Shown: in pieces, positions 21,034 to 30,682 of the stretch | Position numbering within the stretch: the first letter of the stretch is position 1 | How the letters are laid out: every line of letters starts with the position of its first letter | Assembly: GCA_963796685.1 (NCBI GenBank) | Contig: CAWCMR010000010.1 | Coordinates: forward strand, 128,001-192,000 | DNA: 64,000 nt | Origin: an uncultured delta proteobacterium | Lineage (GTDB): Bacteria; Myxococcota_A; Polyangia; Fen-1088 | Direction of reading: 5' to 3' | Program-made: the position numbers and the translations under genes | Notes under the pieces: model-generated | What the model saw: the letters and a program-made list of their open reading frames with translations, nothing else | Told to the model about the DNA's origin: nothing | The model's database searches: none

Positions 21034-21941
21034 CGGCGTCCTCCTTCGAAGCGACGCTGGCAGGCGTCGGCAACCTGCGACATGAGCATTGGCGTGGCCT
21101 GAAAGTACCAGTAGGTATCAGCGATACAGCTGTGGCCGAGGTACGTCGAAACCGCGAGCATGTGCCTGGCGATTCGATCGCGCCGATCAGGAGAGCTTTC
21201 GAGAGCGCGCACGGCGAATGTGTGCCGGATGTCGTGCACGCGCGGTTTGCGTCCTCCCGACCGCGCCGGCAGGCCAGCTTTCCGGAGCACCGTGAGCCAT
21301 GCCTTGCGAAAGCCGCCGTAGGAAAGACGCGTGCCTTTGATGCTCACGAACACGTGGTCGTCGCTGCCGGCCACTGCACGTCGGCGGTCCAGATACTGCT
21401 TGATCCCGCTCTGCGCCGAGGGATGGAGCGGGACCAGACGCGTCTTGCCGAACTTGGTCTTGCGGATGACCAGGCCGTCCGATGTCACGTCAGCCATGCG
21501 CAAGGCGAGTGCTTCTGAGATGCGTAGCCCTGTCGCAAAGAGCAGCGCCAGCATCGTGCTCACGGTGAGCGGCCGGAGCGACTTTGCTGGTCCGAGCCGC
21601 GCTGCGACCTCGACGAGCCGGCGCGTTTCGTCCGGGGTGTAGATGTACGGAACCGGCCGATGCCGCTTTCCCGAGAAGTGGCGATCCGGGGGAATCTCGT
21701 GGCGGGGGTCTTCGGCGTGGAGATAGCGGGCGAGTTGAACGACCCGCTGGAAGAGCCGGCACCGCTGGCCAGGTGTGGCCGCGTGCGATGCCCACGCGAG
21801 GGCGGTTTCGGCGCGAACGTGGTCCTCGCCGCGGGCGGCGGCGAACTCGGCGAATCGACGCAGGTGCCGCTCGTATTTTCTGAGCGCGAAACCGCTTGCT
21901 CGCCGCGTGGCCAGCCAGGTATCGATGAGTGTCATCAGCAT
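21030..21941 (-). CDS. RIT-B recombinase RitB
   Basis: TGLRISEA, TKFGKTR, HDIRH, YLGH..IADTYWY. Confidence 0.9.
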   Translation of the reverse strand: MLMTLIDTWLATRRASGFALRKYERHLRRFAEFAAARGEDHVRAETALAWASHAATPGQRCRLFQRVVQLARYLHAEDPRHEIPPDRHFSGKRHRPVPYIYTPDETRRLVEVAARLGPAKSLRPLTVSTMLALLFATGLRISEALALRMADVTSDGLVIRKTKFGKTRLVPLHPSAQSGIKQYLDRRRAVAGSDDHVFVSIKGTRLSYGGFRKAWLTVLRKAGLPARSGGRKPRVHDIRHTFAVRALESSPDRRDRIARHMLAVSTYLGHSCIADTYWYFQATPMLMSQVADACQRRFEGGRR

Positions 21942-23176
21942 GACGCCCCTCCGATCCACGGCTGCGCCACTGAACGCAGAAGCTCCACATCGACCTTGGC
22001 GTAGTGGGAGGTCGTCTCGACAGATCGGTGCCGGAGCACTATTCCGATCGAAGGAAGGGAGATGCCTTCACGTAGCATCGCCGTCGCGGCAGAGTGACGC
22101 AGTAGATGAGCGCCCCGGGTCGGGGTGGATGCGCCCGCACGGGCGATGGCGCGCTTGACGATGCAGGAAACGCAGGAACTTTCCGCCAACGGCCGCCACG
22201 GTGTACGGGATCTCAGAAAAACCCGGTCACATCCGACAACAGCGCGCCGGGCGCGCAAGTAGGCGAGGATCGCATCTCCGACTTCCTGGGGGAGCGGCAG
22301 CCGCACCTCGCGGCGCCCCTTGCCCGCGACCTGCACGCGAGCGTTTGCCCAGTCGATGTCGCTTAGGCGCATCCGGACGATGTCGCCGCCCCGTAGTCCG
22401 AGCCGGGCGAGGAGCAGCAGGATGGCGCGGTCGCGCGCACCGTCCGGTCGACTCGAATCGCACGCGTCGATGATCCGCTGCACGACTTCGGCGGACACGT
22501 ACCTCGGCAGCGAATCCAAACTCCAACTCGCCACTGGCAGGACGGCCGCATCAAGACCAGGTCGGCACCGTCCCTCCAGTGCGAGGTAGCGCAGAAATGC
22601 GCGTGCGACGGTCGTAACTTGCTTCGCCGTTGCGGCGCCATGTCCACCGACTACCTCACGCACCGCCGCTCGAAGCACGCCCGCCCCGTAGCGAGCGGGG
22701 TCGTCACCGAGGTGTTCCAGGAGTGCGATGGCAACGCGCCTGTAGTGGCGCAAGGTCGTATCTGTGGCGCCACGCTGGCGCCGCATCCACTCGCAAAACC
22801 CCGTCACCAGATCCGGTGTTGCTATCGCCTGCTGCCCCGGAACCGCAACGACCCCCACTGTGCGCAAGTACTGCACGAAGACCCACGTGCGCGGACGGGC
22901 GACTGCATGAAAACCGGCGCGGTTTCCGGGGCAACGGCATCGAGACAGGTGCGCCAAGAATGCGCTCAAAGTTTCCTCGTCCAAATCCCCGATTCGCACG
23001 TCCTCAGCAGTGGCCCAAATGCCGAGATGCACGGCGTAGGTGATGCACCATGTGCCAATCCGCTTGCAGTAGCCGATCTCGCGTAGAGCGGTGGCGAAGC
23101 CGTCGAGATACGACCCAACGGGACTCGATCGAGCTCGCGCGAGCCAGTACGCCGATCGCAGAAAGTACTCCAACAT
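21935..23176 (-). CDS. RIT-B recombinase RitA
   Basis: Start MLEYFLRS with RBS GAGGAG; LGLRGGD, GKGRRE, AHLLRHS, TTSHYAK. Confidence 0.9.
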   Translation of the reverse strand: MLEYFLRSAYWLARARSSPVGSYLDGFATALREIGYCKRIGTWCITYAVHLGIWATAEDVRIGDLDEETLSAFLAHLSRCRCPGNRAGFHAVARPRTWVFVQYLRTVGVVAVPGQQAIATPDLVTGFCEWMRRQRGATDTTLRHYRRVAIALLEHLGDDPARYGAGVLRAAVREVVGGHGAATAKQVTTVARAFLRYLALEGRCRPGLDAAVLPVASWSLDSLPRYVSAEVVQRIIDACDSSRPDGARDRAILLLLARLGLRGGDIVRMRLSDIDWANARVQVAGKGRREVRLPLPQEVGDAILAYLRARRAVVGCDRVFLRSRTPWRPLAESSCVSCIVKRAIARAGASTPTRGAHLLRHSAATAMLREGISLPSIGIVLRHRSVETTSHYAKVDVELLRSVAQPWIGGASC

Positions 23177-23341
23177 TGTTTCCTCCTCGGTGGACGGGTC
23201 GGGATCATCCCGGCCCTGAGAGGAGGACACCTCCGTTATGCTGAGCCGTCTAGGGCGCGCCACGCGGTCAACTACCCGCCGACACGCAGGGATCGTGACG
23301 GGCACATCGCGGCACTCCGCATAATCGAGCGCTCCGCATAA

Positions 23342-23758
23342 CATGGCATCCTCGGCCCCGCGGCCAAGGATCGCGCCAAGGTGGTGCCGACCCCGCCCAC
23401 GCCACCCGCGCCAGATGCGGCGGGTGCCGAGGCGGCCGGCGCGGACAAGGCGGGCGAGGGTGAATCTCGCGAGATCGACCTCAGCAAGAGACCAAGAGTC
23501 AGCCGACTGCCTTGGGCCATTCTTCTCAAACGCGTGTTCCTGACAGACGCGCTGACATGCCCGAAGTGCCAAGGGCGGATGAAGATCCTGGCCGCGATCA
23601 CAAAGCCAGAAGCAATACGCAAGATTCTAGAACACCTAGGAATCCCCAGCGAAGCCCCACGCCGCACCTCCGCGCGTCCACCGCCGCAATCTGAGCTTTT
23701 GGGCACGTCCGACCTCGCCGAGGTCGACTACGCGGACCCGCCCAGCCCCGAGTGGTGA
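23342..23758 (+). pseudogene. IS91 transposase C-terminal fragment (copy 2)
   Basis: HGILGPAAKDRAK...WAILLKRVF..CPKCQGRM; closely similar to 281-697. Confidence 0.88.
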
Positions 23759-23837
23759 CGACCCTGGGGCTCCAGAAGTGGGGCCGGGATAGGCCATGTC
23801 CATGGCTACACCGCCTCGCAAAATGGGCTTGTTTTCC

Positions 23838-24817
23838 CCTGGGTATAGGGGTCATCGAAGGGAAAATGGCCCTTGTTCCGCCTACCTGCCTGACCGGCGG
23901 GAGTGCCTGGAGGCCGAAATGGATGAACCCGTGCAGCGTGGTTTGCTCGGCGGCCCAGTCGTAGGCATCGCGCGTTCCCGGCCGCTGCAAGAGCACGGTC
24001 CCAGCCGGCGCCGCGATTGCCCGGCCATTGCGGTAGGCGACGCAATCGCCGCTGGAGCTCCAGTCCGGGAAGCGGCGGCCATACCGATTCTGCGCGCTCG
24101 CGCCGCCATCGAGGCTTTGCCTTGCCGCTCATTGCCGGCTCCATCCTAACCCCGCCGGGTGAATTTCGGGCCCGTCTTCGTGACCCGCGATGAGTCTGGA
24201 GACGGAAATGACCTATGGGGGCCCTATTGTTTGATGAGGAGGTCGGCGCGGGTCAGTGTGAGGGAGGCTGGCTTGCCTTGGATCGACAGGGTCGCGCGCA
24301 CCAAGGTCGGGCCTGAGCTTGACACGCGGGCTTGGCAGTCGGTTCTGCAGCGTAGTTGATGGGAGTCGCCTATCTCCGAGCGGAAGCTGCATACGCGTGC
24401 CGCGTGGCTCAACGGGACGGGTTCGCACGTGGCGTGTCCGACCAACACGTCCCTCTGGAGCAGGTCGATATCGTACTTTGCCCTGAGGTCGCCTTGATAA
24501 GTGGCGTCGAAGTCGATCCAAAAGTGCACCTTCGACTTCGCATCGAGGTCGACCATGGTCTGGTTCCGTCCCGGCCCCGAAAACCGAACCGTGCCAACCG
24601 TGGCACCACAGGCTCCAGGACCGAAGAGAAGAAGGAGCCACCACCATGGCAAGCACCTCATGGCCCGAGTATGTCTCCCCTGAATTGGTTTCACAACGTC
24701 GGGTTCGGGTGCAATGGTCCGCTACCGAGAGCGCTTCGCCGCGGCAGTACTCCGTCATCGGGACGATTCGTGGCCAGTGTCAGAGACTGTCCCCGGCCTG
24801 GGTATAGGGGTCATCGA
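23838..24817. repeat. 21-bp direct repeats CCTGGGTATAGGGGTCATCGA (23838-23858 and 24797-24817) flanking a cargo segment
   Basis: Exact match read by eye. Confidence 0.85.
24224..24661 (-). CDS. hypothetical secreted protein or lipoprotein
   Basis: MRCLPWWWLLLLFGPGAC signal/lipobox-like N-terminus; Cys-containing beta-rich body. Confidence 0.55.
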   Translation of the reverse strand: MRCLPWWWLLLLFGPGACGATVGTVRFSGPGRNQTMVDLDAKSKVHFWIDFDATYQGDLRAKYDIDLLQRDVLVGHATCEPVPLSHAARVCSFRSEIGDSHQLRCRTDCQARVSSSGPTLVRATLSIQGKPASLTLTRADLLIKQ

Positions 24818-24836
24818 TTGGGTGTGTGGGACATGT

Positions 24837-24865
24837 AGGTTACGTAACATCCCTTTATCGGCGTT
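24837..24865 (-). other. dif-like site in IS91 copy 2
   Basis: Minus strand reads AACGCCGATAA-AGGGATG-TTACGTAACCT; positional homologue of 126-153. Confidence 0.5.
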
Positions 24866-24885
24866 TTTGCTGGTGAAGGCAAAAC

Positions 24886-24907
24886 GGTGCTTCAAATACC
24901 TACGCTC
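24886..24907 (+). other. putative oriIS end of IS91 copy 2
   Basis: GGTGCTTCAAATACCTACGCTC, similar to the ISCR oriIS motif GCGTTTGAACTTCCTATAC. Confidence 0.55.
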
Positions 24908-24970
24908 AAATGGCTGTCGTGAACACCGTTGGTCGGTGTGGCTCCCGCGCTCTTCACGGTCAGGGCGCGT

Positions 24971-25366
24971 TCAGGTAGTCCACCGGATGCGCACTTCAGG
25001 ATAGCGGCAAATGGTCTCGTCTTTGGTCGCGAGCTCTGCGTTGTGTTCCAGGGCCGTGGCGACGAGGACACGGTCGATTGGGTCCTTGTGAATGTCGGGG
25101 AGAAATGCCGAGCGTGCAGCGATCCTTGGTGTAAGCGGCAACAGCAGAATGCCCGCGCCGTCGATGGCTTTGAGAAAGAACTCATCGATCGGAACTGGCA
25201 ACGCCACGCGGCCTTTCTTGGACAGCCACGCGACCTCAAGGCAAGACACCGATGCAACCGCAATGGGATCGGGCGAATTGCTGATGAGGTTGCGCATGGC
25301 CTGCGGCAACTCGGACGCGTCACCGCGTATCCACCACAGCCAGGTGTGGGTGTCGAGAATGATCAC
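24971..25366 (-). CDS. vapC: PIN-domain toxin (VapC family)
   Basis: IILDTHTWLWW...SCLEVAWL..KGR...HKDPIDRVLVATA....LATKD; GTGA overlap with the upstream gene. Confidence 0.88.
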   Translation of the reverse strand: MIILDTHTWLWWIRGDASELPQAMRNLISNSPDPIAVASVSCLEVAWLSKKGRVALPVPIDEFFLKAIDGAGILLLPLTPRIAARSAFLPDIHKDPIDRVLVATALEHNAELATKDETICRYPEVRIRWTT

Positions 25367-25584
25367 CCGGTGATATTCCAGTCCTGCAAATCTATCGCGG
25401 GTCCTACGACGTCGCCCGTGATCCGCAGTGCCGAGAGCTCGGGCGGGGGGGTGCGAACGCCTGCGGCCCTCTCCGGGTCGAGAACCAGGAAGATGGCTTC
25501 CACCTTGGCGTGCGGGGGCAGCGGTGGCACGGCGCCAAGCCGCCCATTCTCGTCCGTCTCCAGCAATACCCTGTGCGCTTGCAT
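25363..25584 (-). CDS. putative antitoxin
   Basis: 73-aa gene translationally coupled upstream of vapC. Confidence 0.7.
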   Translation of the reverse strand: MQAHRVLLETDENGRLGAVPPLPPHAKVEAIFLVLDPERAAGVRTPPPELSALRITGDVVGPAIDLQDWNITG

Positions 25585-25609
25585 AGATAGAGCGTAGCAC
25601 GCGACTTGG

Positions 25610-28600
25610 TTACAGCCCAGATTCGAGCACCTGGGCAGAACGATGGATGCGCCTCGGCGGCGGCTCGAAGCTCAGGCCCGGTCCAGACCCTGGCAACGCG
25701 CAGCGCCATCGTGGTGGGGGCAACGTCGTGGTGGCCCCTGGCCCGGGGTGGTCGAGGTGAGCCGAGGCAAGCCGGGCCAGCGTTTGTTCCTCGCGCGCCT
25801 CGCGTATCCACGCTCGGTCAAGCACTCGGAGAGCGCCATCCACGTCTCCACGGGCAACATGCCTGTCTGCTTGGTGTGCGGCCCACACCAGCCCCGTCAG
25901 GCCGGGGCCCGTGTCCAAGTCTGGCGGTGCTGTCTCAGACTGTCCGGCAACCAGGGCCGAAGCCAGCTCGCGAAGGGACTCGATGTGACAGTGCTCGTCC
26001 GTCGGTGTGGCCGACCAGATCTCCCGCGCCTCCTCTGGCCTATTCAGCTGGAGAAGAACGAGTCCCTGTAGATGGAAGAGGTGCTCGCGCATGTGTGCAT
26101 CCGCCGTCTCTGCCAGCAGGATGTCCCCGGTCCATCGACCCGCCTCGGCGTCGCGCTCGACGCCCCCGAGGCGCACATGGATGTCCCTCGGGTAATGCTC
26201 CTCTGCGAAGCGAAGGATTCTCGTTGGCCGTGTCGTCGTTTTCGGCATCTTTCAGGAGTCCAAGAAGAAGGAGCATTGCCGCAGGTGAATCGGCCGAACG
26301 GCAGCGCTCCATGGCCCACGCCGGGCGACGTGCTTCGGGGACCTGGTAGAATTCCCTTTGCAGGGCGTCGTGCATCTTGGAATCAGGCCTTGGCGAGCAC
26401 CACAGCGGCCATTCCATCATGGGTATCGCGATGAAGTCCATGGCCTCGCCGACGAAAGTCGGTGCCGTCTTGCCCAGGCGCGTGAGCTCTACGCCCTTGG
26501 CAATTCTGCGAAGCGCGACGGCAACCGTGGCGGCCTCGTCCTGAAGGATGGTGCAATGGCCGTGGGTTGGCGAGTCCGAGCACACCGTGAGGGTACCTGC
26601 CTCCTCTCGAAGCACGACGAGGTGGTCCTCGACGTCTATTGGATCGCAATAGCAGACGTACGTCCGTTGGTCGGGGAGAACGGTCGCAATGGTCGAGATT
26701 CTCTCCCCATCGCCGGAAAGGCTGACATGGGAACGCAGCGAACCTTGAGCGGCCGTGGCAAACACATCGATGGTCACATTCGGCGCTTCCTCTGTGCAGG
26801 CCAGCGCAAGAAAGCCCGTTCCCGATGGATGTCGGGCGATATCAAGGACGCGATAGCAGGGTGGTAGCGACACGACAACGAGAGATGCTCCGCGAACTCC
26901 CGCGACACGCGCAGCCTCGTTGGCATAGATCGCGCGGGCTACCAGAGGTGGTGCCGTTCCGGGAATTTGCCCAACGTGCGTGTCCTTTCCTCCCTCTCGT
27001 AGCACTCGGTTGTCTTCGACGTCGATCACGTAGCTGTGTTGGACATCGTCTCGTGGGCGCTCCGTGGTCTGCAGCCACACCACGCTATCCTGCGGGATGG
27101 CGATGCCCCCTTCGAATTGCGCGCCAGCAGGGATATGGGGCTTGAGGGAACACCAGCGTCTCGGCAACCAGTCGTCGCACGAGAATTCCAGGAATTGGAA
27201 GCCATCACCGATGATCCATAGACAGTTGCCCGCCAGCCCGTGGGCGGCAAATCCAAGGGGCTCAGGCGCGCGCAGGATCAGCACGCGCTGTATCTCGCCA
27301 GACTCCACACCGACGATTCGCACGAAGACCAGCCTGCCCCGGATGGACGCGAGCACGGCGGAGTGGCCACCTGGTAGGAGGATGATCTCCACGCCATCGT
27401 TGCTGCCACGTGGCCAGGTCATTTCGGGAGCATCGCTGGCGCGTAGCCCAGGGCCAGGCCGATGATCCAGGACAACCCAAGCCTTGCGCAGCGGCGTCTC
27501 AGCCTCGGCAAGCCGTGCCTGCCAGGCGTGCATCTCCTTCGTCGTGCCGCCCGCATCCAACAGTCGAATGAGGAGCCGCCGTGCGCGGATGAAGTCACCC
27601 GTTTGGAAGTAGAGCTCCTCGGCCGTCTTCTCGGCGAGATGAATTGCGGCATCCATCTCTGCCGCAGTCTTCGCCTCTGCGCCGAGCGATCGGGTCGTGG
27701 CGAGGGCTTGTCGCGCGCGTTTGAATTCGCCTGCGTCGATAGCCGCTCGCACCTGGGCCAGTGCGGCCATCAGCTCTTCCCTTCGGGCAACGGCCGCAGC
27801 CTCCTTCAGAACCCGCCGCGCGGGGACGCTGCCTGGATGTTCCGCCACTATCTGGCGTGCAAGATCCACTGCATTCACGAGCTTGTTGCTTGCGACCATC
27901 TCTTCCAGCTCGGCCTCGCGTGGTTTCACCGCCGCGGCTCGCGCCTGCGCCAATCGCTCCTGCAGGACGACCAGGTCCGGGTGGCCTGCAAAGGCCTGCC
28001 GGGCTCGATCCATCGCCGCAGTCGCGTAGGCAAGGTCACCGGCGACGATCGCCGCGGTGGCGAGTATCCGGTGGACTTCGCCGGCGGGTTCATTTGCCAG
28101 CTGTCGCACCCACTGCTCGGCTTGCTCTCTCTTGCCAGCGCGGGCCGCCGCGAGCGCAAGAGGGGCCAGCACATCGGGAGAATCCAGCAGGCTGGCGTCC
28201 AGAGAACCCGCCAGATCGAGCGCCTCGGCGTCGAGGCCAAGCCGATTGACCAGCAGGTCGAGCAAAGCGCATAGGGGCTCCGGTGCCAAGGGCGCCGCAA
28301 GGCGAGCCTGCTCGAAGGCCTGGCGTGCGGCGTCGAAATCGTACTCATCGAGCGCTCGTTGGCCCTGGTCGAGGTCTTCCTCGATTGATGACCTCGAATG
28401 GGCGAGGTTCTCGCTGGATCGTCGATGGGGAACCTCGACCAGGGATTTATCGTCGTCCGGGCCCAGGTCAAGCTGCATCTGTACCCAGGATCTGGCCTCG
28501 TCATCGAGGTCGGCGATCATCGCGTGGCTCGCCGTAACGCCAAGATACCTGTGGCGAAGAAGGACAACCCCTTCATCCTCGCTCCGTTCGATCACGAGCT

Positions 28601-28868
28601 CGGCGCGAAAGCGTTGCACCAGCAGACTTTGCAGCTTCGACTTGACCGCATACCGGCGCTCGGCCTCACGTTTCGATGCGTCTTTCCCCGCCACTGGTGG
28701 CGGGGGTGGAAGTCCCGTACTGTGCATGTTACCTGAGGGTATGCATTGCGACGACCCGCTGTCGTGCAATCCTGGGGACTTACAAGCAACCGTTGGAGAC
28801 GCAGGTCCGCCGGACCCAGGCGGGGCTGCGGTTGTCTGCAGCGGCACTTGGTCGGATGGCATTCCCAT
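25610..28868 (-). CDS. large TPR/helical-repeat protein with a beta-rich central region (frameshift near 26230)
   Basis: Ala/Leu-rich helical repeats in the 942-aa and 212-aa ORFs; start uncertain. Confidence 0.5.
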
Positions 28869-28940
28869 TCAACCGCCTGGCTCATCCGCTGATGGAGGTG
28901 AGTACCCGCGGACTGGGTTCACGGGACTGGGTTCACGCCA

Positions 28941-30104
28941 TCACCCTTCTATTGCTCGCAACCGGTCGAGTATCCGGGGAAGCTTGAGGTAGGGCACGAA
29001 CTCGACCTCGATTTCGCCGAAAGAGCGCTTGTGCTCGTTGGTGTCACGGAACGTGACGACCAGGTTCCGTCCCCGGGGATGTCTCCTACGAAACGCCATC
29101 AAGCTCGTCGGGTCGAGCTTCTGGGCTGCGCTCTTGCACTCGATAGCAACCACATCACGACGTCGGGCGACCTTGAAGACGAAGTCTACCTCATGCTGCT
29201 GCTTGTCGCGCCAGTAGTGCAGGCGCGAGACCCCGAATCGAGCGGCGATTTCACCCAGCACCAGGTGTTCGAGAAGTTGGCCGCGGTCCTCGTCGCGCAA
29301 CGAGTCCCAGCCACGGTGATAGGCGACAAAGCCAGTGTCGAACCCGTAGACCTTGGGCTGAGTCCTGATCTCGGCGGCACCGCCTCCGTGGTAGGGTCGG
29401 ATCACTGTGGCAAGCAGCGTGGTCTCGAGGATCGACAGATAGCTCTGCACAGTCGTTCGCGATACCTCGCAGGGAGCCGCGAAGGCCTGAGCCTCGAATA
29501 GACCGCCACTTTGCGCGAAGATGAGCTCGGCGAACTTCATGAAGGCCGCGCGTTTGTCGACGACGAAGAGATCCGAAAGATCCTTCGCCCAGTAGGAGCT
29601 CATCCACTCTTCGTAGTCCTTGTCGTCGACGCGCGGGGCGAGAAAGAACGGTGGCAGCCCGCCGTGCAGCATGCGCCGGTCGAGGTCTGCGCTGCCGAAT
29701 GCTTCGAGGTCGGCGGCAATCATCGGCGTAAGCCATACCTCACGCTTGCGTCCGGCAAGCGTATCCTTGAATTTTCGCTTTGCCGCCAAGGTCGATGACC
29801 CAGTGGCGACAACGCGCACCTTGGGAAAGTGGTCGGCGGCGATCTTCAGCACCTCGGAGGGATTCATCAATCGATGGATTTCGTCGAGAACGACCAGCGA
29901 TCCGGCAGGCTGATCGCGCCAAAACAACTCGGGCTCCTCGAGCGCACGCCGTACCCGGACGAGCTCGCAGTCGAAATAGCGTGCCCCTGGCAGGGAGCGC
30001 GCAAGTGTCGTCTTGCCGACGCGACGGACGCCGCCCAGCCAAACCACGGATCTCGACCCGAAGGCGGCCTCCATTTCGCGCACCCAAAAGGCTCGATTGG
30101 CCAC
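28941..30104 (-). CDS. AAA+ ATPase with DUF4143 / nuclease-like C-terminus
   Basis: GVRRVGKT, LDEIH, ATGSS, GGLP, KVYGFDTG, LEH, YWRDKQQHEVDF, IECK. Confidence 0.85.
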   Translation of the reverse strand: MANRAFWVREMEAAFGSRSVVWLGGVRRVGKTTLARSLPGARYFDCELVRVRRALEEPELFWRDQPAGSLVVLDEIHRLMNPSEVLKIAADHFPKVRVVATGSSTLAAKRKFKDTLAGRKREVWLTPMIAADLEAFGSADLDRRMLHGGLPPFFLAPRVDDKDYEEWMSSYWAKDLSDLFVVDKRAAFMKFAELIFAQSGGLFEAQAFAAPCEVSRTTVQSYLSILETTLLATVIRPYHGGGAAEIRTQPKVYGFDTGFVAYHRGWDSLRDEDRGQLLEHLVLGEIAARFGVSRLHYWRDKQQHEVDFVFKVARRRDVVAIECKSAAQKLDPTSLMAFRRRHPRGRNLVVTFRDTNEHKRSFGEIEVEFVPYLKLPRILDRLRAIEG

Positions 30105-30222
30105 GTCACTATACTTGCATATGGTCAGACCAAACGCAAGCATGATGGAAGAGAAGTCCGCGCAGGCGCCTGGCCTTGGCGCGCCCGTGCCATGGGAGTA
30201 CTCTGAGAAGCGAGGAGGCCCC

Positions 30223-30654
30223 ATGACTTGAGCGTCGAAGACATCTGCGTTCCTTCTTGTTCTTTCTCTCGTTCTCGCTGGCGGGTGCGGCGGGGGATCG
30301 GCGGGCGGAAACGACGGCGGCACTCCCTCGGGTACCACGTCCGGGGTCACCGGGACGAAACGCTTGCCCGATCTGACTGATGCGGACAGGAAGGCCATCT
30401 GCGACTGGACCGCCAGTCTCTACGGTGGCTACGGGAAGGCGATCGATTGCGGCAGCAGCGGGGGTGTCTCTCTCACCATCACCGGGCCCGCAAGCCAGGC
30501 CGACTGCCTTGCCGAAGCCGCGTTGGTCCCCGCCACCTGCCAGGCCACGGTTGCGCAATCCGAGGGATGCGTGAAAGCCATTGCGGGCTGCGACCAGACG
30601 AATGATCCGACCGCCTGTGCGGCTATGGCGAGGTGCCTGCCCACAGGGCCGTGA
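30223..30654 (+). pseudogene. Cys-rich lipoprotein with an in-frame TGA at codon 3
   Basis: RBS GAGGAGG, then ATG ACT TGA, then in frame ASKTSAFLLVLSLVLAGGCGGG (lipobox) joining the 30364 ORF. Confidence 0.55.
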
Positions 30655-30682
30655 GGGGGGCGACGTAGGCGCGACTTCTCTT

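Larger units (their letters stand above)
16497..23341 (-). mobile_element. RIT-B element (both ends present) with RIT-A nested in ritC
   Basis: 28-bp IR TTATGCGGAGCGCTCGATTATGCGGAGT at both ends; three recombinase genes. Confidence 0.92.
15850..24907 (+). mobile_element. IS91-family element, copy 2, carrying nested RIT-B/RIT-A and a cargo cassette
   Basis: Transposase halves at 15919-16464 and 23342-23758; leader and trailer homologous to copy 1. Confidence 0.8.

Noticed and set aside
23841-23858. GGGTATAGGGG as the IS91 oriIS terminus
   Set aside because: Homology between copies 1 and 2 continues ~90 bp past the second repeat to a better oriIS match at 24886-24907
28910-28936. 13-bp tandem duplication GGACTGGGTTCAC
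   Set aside because: Only two copies and no associated feature; likely slippage
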